64,000 nt of DNA from Haloferula sp. Its GTDB lineage: Bacteria; Verrucomicrobiota; Verrucomicrobiia; Verrucomicrobiales; Akkermansiaceae. The stretch lies in the NCBI GenBank assembly GCA_037190465.1, contig JBBCJF010000024.1:18039-82038 (forward strand), given 5' to 3'. The number at the start of each line of letters is the position of its first letter. The stretch's first letter is position 1. A model generated the notes under the pieces. The model did no database searches. It saw only the letters and a program-made list of their open reading frames with translations, and was not told where the DNA came from. Shown one piece after another: positions 27,589 to 35,678 of this stretch. The position numbers and the translations under genes were made by a program.

Positions 27589-29010
27589 TCACCTTGCCGG
27601 GACCAGCCGGATCACCCGATCGGGGCCGTTGAGGATCACGTAGAGGTAGCCGTCCGGCGCGTCGGTCACGTCGCGGATACGGCCGATGCTTTTGAGCACG
27701 ATTTCCTGCTCGACCACTTTCTTGTCCTGTATCCGCAGGCGGCGGATTTCCTGCTGCGCGAGCGCGCCGGCGAAAAGATCGTTCTTCCACCCCGGGAACC
27801 TGTCGCCGCGGTAAAAGGAAAGCCCGCAGGCCGCGATGCTGGGCTGCCAGTAGATCACCGGCTGCTCCATGCCTTCCTCGTGGGTCTTGCCGCTGATCGG
27901 CGTGCCATCGTAGTTCATTCCGTAGGTGATGACCGGCCAGCCGTAGTTGCGGCCGGGCAGGATGAGGTTCAGTTCGTCGCCGCCGCGCGGGCCGTGCTCG
28001 GTGCTCCAGATCGAATCGTCGCGCGGGTCGATGTCGAGGCCCTGCGGATTGCGGTGGCCGGTGCTCCACAAGCCGGGGAGCGCGTCTTCCTTGTCGAATT
28101 TCGGATTGTCGTCGGGGATGCGTCCGTCGTCGTGCAGGCGGAGGATTTTGCCTTTCGGATTCGCGGGATCCTGCGCCTCGTGCCAGCCGCCCCGCTCGCC
28201 GACAGGGAAGTAGATGTAGCCCTTGTCGAAAACGATCCGCGTGCCGAAGTGGACTCCGGCGCCGGTGTAGAATTTCCGCTCGGCCTTCCAGATCCATTCC
28301 TGGTCGGTCCACTCGCCGTCTTTGATCCTGCCGCGGACATAGGCGGTGATCGTTTTCACCTCGCGCCCCTCGCGGGTGCCGTCGGCGAAGCCGAGGTAGA
28401 TCCAGCCGTTCTTTTCGTAGTCGGGATGGAGGGCGACTTCCATCAGGCCGCCCTGACCGTGCTCGATCACGGGCGGCGTGCCTTTTACCGGCTCGGGGAG
28501 GAGTTTCCCGTCCGCATCGACGATCCGCAAGCGCCCGGCTTTTTCGGTGACCAGCTTGCGCCCGTCGGGCAGGAAAGCGATGGCCCATGGGTCTTTCAAC
28601 CCGCTTTCGACGACCATCTCGATCTTGTAATTTTCATGCTGGGTCTCGGTGACTTTGCCCGGCTCCGGTCTCGGATATTGCACGCCGCGTTCCTTCGCCT
28701 CCTTTTCCTTCTCGCGGATGAAAATCACCAGCGAACGGATCTGCCGGTCGTTGAGCACCGCGCCGAAGGGCGTCATGCCAAGTTCCGGATTGCCCACCTT
28801 GATGGACTTCATGAGGTCCAGATCGCTGTCGCCGTGCTTCCACTCGCCGTCGGTCAGCGAGCCTCCCTGCCCGCCGCTCAGATCGGCTCCGTGACAGCTC
28901 GCGCAAAGATGTGCGAAAAGCTGGTCGGCCTTCATTTTCGAAAAATCGGGCTGCTCCTCGGCGAGCAGCGGGCAAACGAGGGCGGGCGACAGAAAAAGGA
29001 GGCGCTTCAT
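27589..29010 (-). CDS. PQQ-dependent sugar dehydrogenase (glucose/sorbosone dehydrogenase fold) with an N-terminal cytochrome c domain
   Basis: It has a signal peptide, a CASCHGADLSGG heme site, then beta-propeller text (GGLMEVALHPDYEKNGWIYL..HFGTRIVF..GHRNPQGL..EHGPRGGDELN). Confidence 0.85.
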   Translation of the reverse strand: MKRLLFLSPALVCPLLAEEQPDFSKMKADQLFAHLCASCHGADLSGGQGGSLTDGEWKHGDSDLDLMKSIKVGNPELGMTPFGAVLNDRQIRSLVIFIREKEKEAKERGVQYPRPEPGKVTETQHENYKIEMVVESGLKDPWAIAFLPDGRKLVTEKAGRLRIVDADGKLLPEPVKGTPPVIEHGQGGLMEVALHPDYEKNGWIYLGFADGTREGREVKTITAYVRGRIKDGEWTDQEWIWKAERKFYTGAGVHFGTRIVFDKGYIYFPVGERGGWHEAQDPANPKGKILRLHDDGRIPDDNPKFDKEDALPGLWSTGHRNPQGLDIDPRDDSIWSTEHGPRGGDELNLILPGRNYGWPVITYGMNYDGTPISGKTHEEGMEQPVIYWQPSIAACGLSFYRGDRFPGWKNDLFAGALAQQEIRRLRIQDKKVVEQEIVLKSIGRIRDVTDAPDGYLYVILNGPDRVIRLVPAR

Positions 29011-29130
29011 GGGATGTGTCTTACGAGAAACGTCCGGGCCTGCAAATTCCCTTCACGTCCGGCATCCTTCCAGCCATTTCCAGCGCCGGGAACCCTTGAC
29101 GGAAAAACGGAAAAGCGGGAAAGTTCCTCC

Positions 29131-29394
29131 ATGAAAACCACGGTCGATCTTCCCGACGCTGTTTTCCGGAAGGCCAAGGCGACGGCGGCGGAGCGGGGAA
29201 TTTCCCTCAAACGCTTCATCACCGAAGCGGTCGAGAACCGCCTCGCCAACCCCGCTACCGGCACCCCGGTCAAGCCCTGGGTGGCGCTGCTGGAAGAGCT
29301 TCCCCGGGTTCCCAAAAGCGTGCTCAAAACCGTCGAACGTCGCGTCGCCCAGGCGGATGCCGCGGATCTGGAGCTTCAGGGCGACCGCCCGTGA
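29131..29394 (+). CDS. Type II antitoxin (VapB-like)
   Basis: 87 aa (MKTTVDLPDAVFRKAKATAAERGISLKRFITEAVE). Its stop overlaps the PIN gene start (GTGA). Confidence 0.75.
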   Translation: MKTTVDLPDAVFRKAKATAAERGISLKRFITEAVENRLANPATGTPVKPWVALLEELPRVPKSVLKTVERRVAQADAADLELQGDRP

Positions 29395-29768
29395 TCCTGG
29401 ACACCAATGCCGTCTCGGCCATGGCCGACCGCCATCCGGCTCTGCTGAAAATCGTCGGCGGGGCCGACGCACTCGCGCTTTCTTTCGCAACCGTGGCCGA
29501 ATTCTACTATGGCCTCCTCGGCTCCTCCCGCCCCGGCGCAGGCATCGAACTGATCCGGCGTCTGGAAGGCGCCCTGCCCGTACTCTTCCCGGACGCCGGC
29601 ACCATCCGGCACTACGCATGGATCGCCGAACACTTGAAACGCAAGGGCCGCGCCATTCCCCACAACGACATTTGGACCGCATCCCTTGCGCGGCAGCACG
29701 CGCTTCCGATCCTCTCCCTGGACCGGCGCTTCGACTATATCGACGGCATCCAACGCCTGGGATGGTGA
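29391..29768 (+). CDS. vapC: Type II toxin VapC (PIN-domain ribonuclease)
   Basis: ILDTNAVSA provides the first acidic residue. EF..YG.. and IPHNDIWTASLA..PILSLDRRF follow the PIN pattern. The start codon is GTG. Confidence 0.85.
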   Translation: MILDTNAVSAMADRHPALLKIVGGADALALSFATVAEFYYGLLGSSRPGAGIELIRRLEGALPVLFPDAGTIRHYAWIAEHLKRKGRAIPHNDIWTASLARQHALPILSLDRRFDYIDGIQRLGW

Positions 29769-29783
29769 AAAAGGAGCTGCGCG

Positions 29784-31844
29784 CTAAAACTCCCACTCCA
29801 CCCCTGCCCACAACGAGCGCGGCGTGCCGGTCGAGCGAATGCCATCGCTGCTCCGTCCCGTCGCGATTTCCTCGTCGAAAAGATTCTCCATCCGCGCGAA
29901 CACCGTTACCCCTTCCGCCACCCGCCAGTTCCCGCCGATCCTCGCCGCCCAGTAGTCCGGAATCCGTCGCTGTCCCAGTGCATCGTCGAACTGCGCCGAC
30001 CCGTACTCCACTCCGGCGAAAAGCCCCAGAGTCTCCGTCGCCCGCCACTCGCCGCCCAGCATCACCCGCAACTCCGGCGCCTGCGGGAAAGCCCGCCCCT
30101 CCAGCAACGGCTGCCCCTTCGAATCGCTGAACTCCGTCTCTGTCCAGATCGCATCCAAGCGCAGCGAAACCTCCTCCCGCGGCCGCCATTCGATCCCTCC
30201 CTGCACTCCCGTCACCCGCGCCTCCTCCACATTCCGCCGCTGCGAACCCGAGCCCCCGGGCGGAATCGTCCCGAAAATCGCCGCAATCTCCGCCGGGTCC
30301 GTCACCGGCACATTGGCGACCGCATCCCGGATCGTGTGATGGAACACCGAAACGCCCAGCTTCCACTCGTCGCATGGCTCCCACTCCAGCCCGGTCTCCA
30401 CACTATAAAACCGCTCCGGATCGAGCCCCGGATTCGCCTCCACAATATCGTTCCGCACCCGGAACGGCCGGTGCAGCTCGTTCAAGGTCGGCAGCCGGAA
30501 ACTCGTCCCCACCGACAGTTCCACCTTTAAGCCCTCCGTCAGCTCCCGCGTCACCGCCAGCGCCGCCGAAGGCTCCCAGCCGCTGCGGTCCGGCTGCCGT
30601 TCATCCCGTAACAAGACCCCCGTCACCAGCGAACGCTCCCGCCGCACCCCCTCGTCCAGCGACCAGAAATCCCCGCGCAAACTCCCATCCACCCGCGTCT
30701 TTGCATCCACCTCATACCCCGACGTCAGAAACACCCCCGCCGTCGTCTGCTCCCCTCCCGCCCGCCGCCGTCGCGTGAACTGCCCGCCTGTGAAGGTCGC
30801 ATCCTCATTCGTCTCCCCGCGCAAATGCCGCACATCCACCCCGCCCGTCAGCGTCCAGCGCTCTACCGGCTCCCCCCGCAGCGTCAACGCCCCGCCCAGC
30901 CCTTCCCCCGGCACATCGAACTGATCCAGCGAAGGCGTCTCCGCCGTCCGCGCCGCATTCACCGAACTGAAAACTGACTCGAAATCCCGCCGCTGCCAAT
31001 ACGCCAGCGCCTGCCACGCCAGCGCCTCCCTTTCCCCCGTCACCCGCAGCGCCACATCCAGCGCCTCCGTCGCATTCTTCGCCAGCGGCGTCCCGTTCCC
31101 CCGCTCCTCCTCGTACCATGAAATCATCGGTTCCACCGTCAGCCCAGCCCGCGGCCGCCAGGCAAACTTCAAGTCCATCCCGCGGAAATCCAGCTCCAGC
31201 CTGCGGTCGACGCTCCCCCGCTGGCCCTCCGCCACTCCGAAAAACCCGTCCGACCGGAATCCGAACGCCGAAAACCCCGCTGCCGCCGTCCCATCATCCG
31301 ACACGAACCGATGATGCGTCGAAGCCCCGTACGATTCATGGCTCCCTCCACCCACCCGTAAAAGGTGCCGTTCCCCGAAAGCGTCCCCCGAATCGAGCTG
31401 CACCACCCCCGCCGGGCTCTGGTTCCCCCACACCGCCGCCCGCGCCGACGGCACGATGCGGATCGAGTCGATCGCTCCTGCATCGTAGCGCCCCCAATAC
31501 ACCCACCCGCCGAAGGGGTCATTCTGCGGAATCCCGTCCAGCAGTACCAGCGTCCGCGAAGCCGCTGTCGCTCCCGTATTTCGCAAACTCACCCCCGCGG
31601 AAGTCGGATTCCCGAACAGCGCGCTCTGCCTCCGGTACAACGAAAACGATGGCTCCTCCGCCAGCAACTCATCCAGCGTCCGCGGCGCTGCCAGCGCGAT
31701 CTCCCGGCTCTCCCACTCCCGCAACACGCTCCCCGTCCCGTCCCGTCGCTGCGACAGCACCGTCAACTCCGGCAGCAAATCCTCCGACTGCGCCAAAAGC
31801 GGCGGCGCCGCGATTCCTAAGATCCCGAAAAGAGCCTTCTTCAA
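29784..31844 (-). CDS. TonB-dependent receptor
   Basis: It has a signal peptide and a plug domain (TLDELLAEEPSFSLYRR..GVSLRNTG..RTLVLLDGIPQNDPFGGWVYW). There is a 22-strand-type barrel and a terminal aromatic residue (VEWEF). The apparent start is TTG. Confidence 0.9.
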   Translation of the reverse strand: MKKALFGILGIAAPPLLAQSEDLLPELTVLSQRRDGTGSVLREWESREIALAAPRTLDELLAEEPSFSLYRRQSALFGNPTSAGVSLRNTGATAASRTLVLLDGIPQNDPFGGWVYWGRYDAGAIDSIRIVPSARAAVWGNQSPAGVVQLDSGDAFGERHLLRVGGGSHESYGASTHHRFVSDDGTAAAGFSAFGFRSDGFFGVAEGQRGSVDRRLELDFRGMDLKFAWRPRAGLTVEPMISWYEEERGNGTPLAKNATEALDVALRVTGEREALAWQALAYWQRRDFESVFSSVNAARTAETPSLDQFDVPGEGLGGALTLRGEPVERWTLTGGVDVRHLRGETNEDATFTGGQFTRRRRAGGEQTTAGVFLTSGYEVDAKTRVDGSLRGDFWSLDEGVRRERSLVTGVLLRDERQPDRSGWEPSAALAVTRELTEGLKVELSVGTSFRLPTLNELHRPFRVRNDIVEANPGLDPERFYSVETGLEWEPCDEWKLGVSVFHHTIRDAVANVPVTDPAEIAAIFGTIPPGGSGSQRRNVEEARVTGVQGGIEWRPREEVSLRLDAIWTETEFSDSKGQPLLEGRAFPQAPELRVMLGGEWRATETLGLFAGVEYGSAQFDDALGQRRIPDYWAARIGGNWRVAEGVTVFARMENLFDEEIATGRSSDGIRSTGTPRSLWAGVEWEF

Positions 31845-31943
31845 ACCGGCCCATCACCAATGCCAAATTCCTCCCCGCTTCAACCCGAAACGCCCGGGGC
31901 TTCAAGATCGCCTCGCTTTGTGAGAGCTCTCGGATTTTATGGA

Positions 31944-31964
31944 GTGCGGCTCGAACCGCCGCAC
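31944..31964 (-). terminator. Hairpin downstream of metE
   Basis: On the minus strand the sequence is GTGCGGC-GGTTCGA-GCCGCAC followed by TCCATAAAATCC. It lies 23 nt after the metE stop, and the tail is weakly U-rich. Confidence 0.35.
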
Positions 31965-31986
31965 AAATGATCTGTCGCGAACGGTG

Positions 31987-34281
31987 TCAGCCATGCAAAG
32001 AAAGCGCCGCCATTTCCTCCCGCAGCGCCGAGGCAGCGGCGGCCATGTTCTTCAGCGACGCCTTGGTCTCCGCCCAGCCGCGGGTTTTCAGCCCGCAGTC
32101 GGGATTCACCCACAAGCGCTCCGGCGGCAGCACCTCCATCGCCCGGTGCAATAGAGCCACGATTTCCTCCGGACTTGGCACGCGCGGCGAATGGATATCC
32201 CACACGCCCGGCCCGACATCCGAGCCGATGCCTCCCGACTTGACCGCTTCCAGCGCTTCCATGCGGCTGCGCGAGGCTTCCAGCGAAATCACGTCCGCCT
32301 CCAGCGCGGCGATTTCCTCCGCCACATCGTCGAACTCCGCATAGCACATGTGCGTGTGGATCTGCGTCGCGTCGCGCACACCGGCGACAGCCACCCGGAA
32401 CGCCCGCACGGCGGCATCGAGATAATCTTTCCGCTCCGCCGGATCGAGCGGCAGCCCTTCGCGCAGGCCCGGCTCGTCCACCTGGATCACCCGCAGGCCG
32501 GCGGCTTCGAGATCGACGACTTCCCGCCGGATCGCCAGCGCGAGCTGCAGAGCGACCAGGGCGCGAGGCAGATCGTCGCGGACGAAACTCCACTGCAGGA
32601 TCGTCACCGGCCCGGTGAGCATGCCCTTCACCGGCCGCTCCGTCAGCGCCTGCGCCCTCGCGCTCACCCCGACGGTCATTGGCTCCGGCCGCACGATGTC
32701 GCCCCAGATCACTGGCGGCTTCACGCAGCGCGAGCCGTAGCTCTGCACCCAGCCGTTCGTCGTCACGGCCACGCCTTCGAGCTTTTCGCCGAAGAATTCC
32801 ACCATGTCGGTCCGCTCGAATTCGCCGTGGACCAGCACGTCGAGTCCGAGTTTCTCCTGCAAGCGGATCGTCTCGCGCATGGCGGCATCCAAGCCGGTTT
32901 CGTAATCGGCCGCGGAAATTTCCCCCTTCCGGTGCCGCGCGCGCAGGCGCCGGATCTCCGCGGTTTGCGGGAAGGAACCGATGGTCGTCGTCGGCAGCAG
33001 CGGCAGGCCGAGCGCTTCGCGCTGAAGCTCCAGGCGCTCCGCCAACGGCTTTCCGCGCCGGGCGGCGGCATCGTCGAGCGCGGCGACTTCCCTGCGGACA
33101 TCCGGCCGCTTCACCGCCGGGTGAGCGCGGCGCGCCGCGAGGGCCGCACGAGCCGAAGCGCTGAGATCGACCGGCGCCTCCTCCGCGGCGATGGCGCGCA
33201 GTTCGGCCAGCTTCTCCCTGGCGAAGGCGAGCCACGAGCGCAGCCCGGCATCGAGCCCGCTTTCGTGCTCCAGCGAATGCGGCACATGCTGGAGGCTGCA
33301 CGAAGTCCCCAGCCACAACCGCTCCGCGGGGCGGGACTTCCGGTAGGAATCCACCAGCGCGCGCAGCACCTCGATATCGGCGCGCCAGATATTCCTCCCG
33401 TCGACGATCCCCAGGGACAGAACCTTGTCCTGCGGAAAATGGCGGGTCAGCCATGGCAGATCGGCGGCCGCCCGGGTGGCGTCCACATGGAAGCCGTCGC
33501 AAGGCAACCCGGCGACCCGCGGCAGGGCTTCTCCCAGACGCCCGAAAGGCACGGCCAGCAGCAACTTCGGCGACTTTCCGGCCCGGAACGCCGTCCATGC
33601 TTCTTCCAGCGCGGCGAGCGTCTTTTCGTCCCGGCGGCAGGCGAGGATCGGTTCGGTGATTTCCACCCACTCCGCCCCCGCATCCGCCAGCGCGGCGAGA
33701 AGATCGCCGTATGCCGGCAACAAACGCGGCAGCAGCGAAAGCGGCTCCACGCCCTCCGCCTTCGACAGCGCGAGGAAAGTCACCGGCCCGATGAGTACCG
33801 GCTTCGGCCGGAAGCCCGCCGCGACCGCTTCCTTCGTCTCCTCCACCGCCTTGTCCCACGCCAGTCGGAACTCCTGCCCGGCGCCAAGCTCGGGCACCAG
33901 ATAGTGATAGTTCGTGTCGAACCACTTCGTCAGCTCCAGCGGCGCGACGTCGGGCGCGCCGCCTTCGCGGCTCCGCCCGCGGGCCATGCGGAAATAGCGC
34001 TCCAGCGTCACCGGCGCGTCCGCCCGGCCGAAACGCTCCGGCACCGCGCCGAAGGTGCAGGCCAGATCGAGCATGCCGTCGTAAAGGCTGAAATCGTTCG
34101 TCGCCACGAAGGACAAGTCCGCTTGCTCGCGCCAATGGCGCAGGCGGAGATCGCGCGCCGTTTCATCCAGCGCGGCGGCGTCCAGCCGGCCTTGCCAGAA
34201 GGCTTCGAGCGCCTGCTTCAGCTCGCGCTTTGCGCCGATGCGCGGGTAGCCGGAAACGTGGGTGGTCAGGGATGCGTTCAT
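31987..34281 (-). CDS. metE: 5-methyltetrahydropteroyltriglutamate--homocysteine S-methyltransferase (cobalamin-independent methionine synthase)
   Basis: 764 aa from the internal ATG (MNASLTTHVSGYPRIG). It has the duplicated (beta/alpha)8 architecture. Zn-site text is IHTHMCYAEF and WVNPDCGLKTR. Confidence 0.95.
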   Translation of the reverse strand: MNASLTTHVSGYPRIGAKRELKQALEAFWQGRLDAAALDETARDLRLRHWREQADLSFVATNDFSLYDGMLDLACTFGAVPERFGRADAPVTLERYFRMARGRSREGGAPDVAPLELTKWFDTNYHYLVPELGAGQEFRLAWDKAVEETKEAVAAGFRPKPVLIGPVTFLALSKAEGVEPLSLLPRLLPAYGDLLAALADAGAEWVEITEPILACRRDEKTLAALEEAWTAFRAGKSPKLLLAVPFGRLGEALPRVAGLPCDGFHVDATRAAADLPWLTRHFPQDKVLSLGIVDGRNIWRADIEVLRALVDSYRKSRPAERLWLGTSCSLQHVPHSLEHESGLDAGLRSWLAFAREKLAELRAIAAEEAPVDLSASARAALAARRAHPAVKRPDVRREVAALDDAAARRGKPLAERLELQREALGLPLLPTTTIGSFPQTAEIRRLRARHRKGEISAADYETGLDAAMRETIRLQEKLGLDVLVHGEFERTDMVEFFGEKLEGVAVTTNGWVQSYGSRCVKPPVIWGDIVRPEPMTVGVSARAQALTERPVKGMLTGPVTILQWSFVRDDLPRALVALQLALAIRREVVDLEAAGLRVIQVDEPGLREGLPLDPAERKDYLDAAVRAFRVAVAGVRDATQIHTHMCYAEFDDVAEEIAALEADVISLEASRSRMEALEAVKSGGIGSDVGPGVWDIHSPRVPSPEEIVALLHRAMEVLPPERLWVNPDCGLKTRGWAETKASLKNMAAAASALREEMAALSLHG

Positions 34282-34382
34282 CGCCGACGATCTTGGCTCC
34301 CTGTTCCTCATGAACCAAACGCATGATTTTCATCATGACCCACCATTGCATGCATGATAATTTCAAGGCACCATTCCCCCGC

Positions 34383-35303
34383 ATGCTCGAACTCCGCCAC
34401 CTCGAATCCCTGATCGCCCTGGCTGAAACCGGCAACCTCACCCGCGCCGGCGAAAAGGTCTCGCTGAGCCAGAGCGCGCTGTCCCACCAGATGCGCGCGC
34501 TGGAGGAGCACTACGGCTTCGAACTCTTCGAACGGAAAACCAGCCCGCTGCGCTGGACCCGCGCCGGCGAGCGCCTGTTGGTGCTCGCCTACGAAATCAA
34601 GCGCATGGTCCGCGACGCGGAGCGCGATCTGGCGCGCATCGGCCAGGGAACCGCCGGCAGTCTGCGCATCGCCGTGGAATGCCATTCCTGCTTCGACTGG
34701 CTGATGCCCGCGATGGATGCGCTGCGCGAAGGCTGGCCGGATGTCGAAATGGACCTCGTCTCCGGCTTCCATCCCGACCCGGTGGGCCTGCTCGACGAAA
34801 ACCGCGCCGATCTCGTCATCGTCTCCAACGCGAAGCGCCGCAAGGGCATCGTTCACCACCCGCTTTTCGAATACGACATGCCCGCCCTGCTCGCCCACGG
34901 CCATCCGCTACTGGAAAAGCCGTACTTGAATCCGCGCGACTTCGCGCTGGAGACGCTGATTACGTACCCGATCCCGGACGACCGCATGGATCTTTTCCGC
35001 CAGGTGCTAGGCCCCGCAGGGATCGAGCCGCGCGAGCGGCGCACCACGGAGCTGACCGTCGCCATCCTGCAACTTGTCAAGAGCCGCCGCGGCATCGCCG
35101 CCCTGCCGCGCTGGGCGGTGCAACCCTACCTCGAAAAAGACTACGTCGCCGAACGCCCGATCGGCGCGAAGGGTCTGCGCGCCTCGCTCCACGCCGCGAC
35201 GACACGCGAGGCGGCGTGCCAGGCATTCATGAAGGAGTTCATCGAAACCGTGCGGATCACTGCGACGAAGCAGTTCGAGGGCATCCGGCTTCTGGAGGGA
35301 TGA
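34383..35303 (+). CDS. metR: LysR-family transcriptional regulator, MetR-like
   Basis: It starts MLELRHLESLIALAETGNLTRAGEKVSLSQSALSHQMRALE and is divergent from metE with a 101-bp spacer. The symbol is assigned from context. Confidence 0.8.
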   Translation: MLELRHLESLIALAETGNLTRAGEKVSLSQSALSHQMRALEEHYGFELFERKTSPLRWTRAGERLLVLAYEIKRMVRDAERDLARIGQGTAGSLRIAVECHSCFDWLMPAMDALREGWPDVEMDLVSGFHPDPVGLLDENRADLVIVSNAKRRKGIVHHPLFEYDMPALLAHGHPLLEKPYLNPRDFALETLITYPIPDDRMDLFRQVLGPAGIEPRERRTTELTVAILQLVKSRRGIAALPRWAVQPYLEKDYVAERPIGAKGLRASLHAATTREAACQAFMKEFIETVRITATKQFEGIRLLEG

Positions 35304-35337
35304 AATCCAAGCATCTGCCCCCGGCGGACCAAAAAAA

Positions 35338-35389
35338 TCCACCGGATCAGGGCGCTTCCCCCCAAGAGACGCAACCTTGATCCGGTGGA
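35338..35389 (-). terminator. Intrinsic terminator-like hairpin with a U7 tail on the minus strand
   Basis: On the minus strand a 12-bp stem (TCCACCGGATCA..TGATCCGGTGGA) is followed by TTTTTTTGG. The loop is about 28 nt. On the plus strand the same hairpin follows the metR stop but has no U tail. Confidence 0.45.
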
Positions 35390-35620
35390 ATGTCGTCACA
35401 TCCTACCCCTAGTCGACCGAACCGAAGTTCGGAAACGGGGCGGATATTACGGGATGGCGGGACTTGCGTCCCATGTTCTCCCCCCAGAGAACAAATGCTA
35501 TATGGCAATGCGCGTGCCAGCCTGTCACGGACGCAGAGGAATCATTGAAAATTAACCATTTGGAAGTTTTCTTCTTTTTTCCTGATCAATCGAGCCGCCA
35601 GGATCATGCAAAAATTGCAG
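35390..35620 (-). ncRNA. Candidate structured small RNA (unclassified)
   Basis: It is bounded by two minus-strand terminators. In minus-strand orientation it contains hairpins with canonical tetraloops: GGGAC-GCAA-GTCCC (35459-35472) and CCGAAC-UUCG-GUUCGG (35417-35432). GUUCUC-N6-GAGAAC is at 35475-35492. The 5' flank is AT-rich. No ORF longer than 20 aa is present. Confidence 0.3.
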
Positions 35621-35648
35621 AGGTTCTCTGAAAAAATTTCAAAAACGT

Positions 35649-35663
35649 GGTCTCATTGAGACC
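35649..35663 (-). terminator. Intrinsic terminator of the GH13 gene
   Basis: On the minus strand GGTCTC-AAT-GAGACC is followed by ACGTTTTTGAAATTTTTT. It begins 16 nt after the stop at 35679. Confidence 0.55.
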
Positions 35664-35678
35664 CCGGCTTTCATCATT

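Noticed and set aside
31845-31986. A possible cobalamin riboswitch upstream of the TonB-dependent receptor, next to metE.
   Set aside because: The region is only about 100 nt, has no B12-box-like GCCACTG core, and is mostly occupied by the metE terminator hairpin.
31937-34326. ORFs of 732 aa and 711 aa overlapping metE in other frames or on the other strand.
   Set aside because: The MetE frame carries the family motifs. The alternatives are Arg/Ala/Gly-rich with no recognisable domains.
35417-35472. GGGACGCAAG, which is reminiscent of the GACGCAAAG core of c-di-GMP-I (GEMM) riboswitches.
   Set aside because: Here the sequence is simply a closed 5-bp hairpin with a GCAA loop. No GEMM P1/P2 architecture is visible, and there is no downstream gene on that strand.
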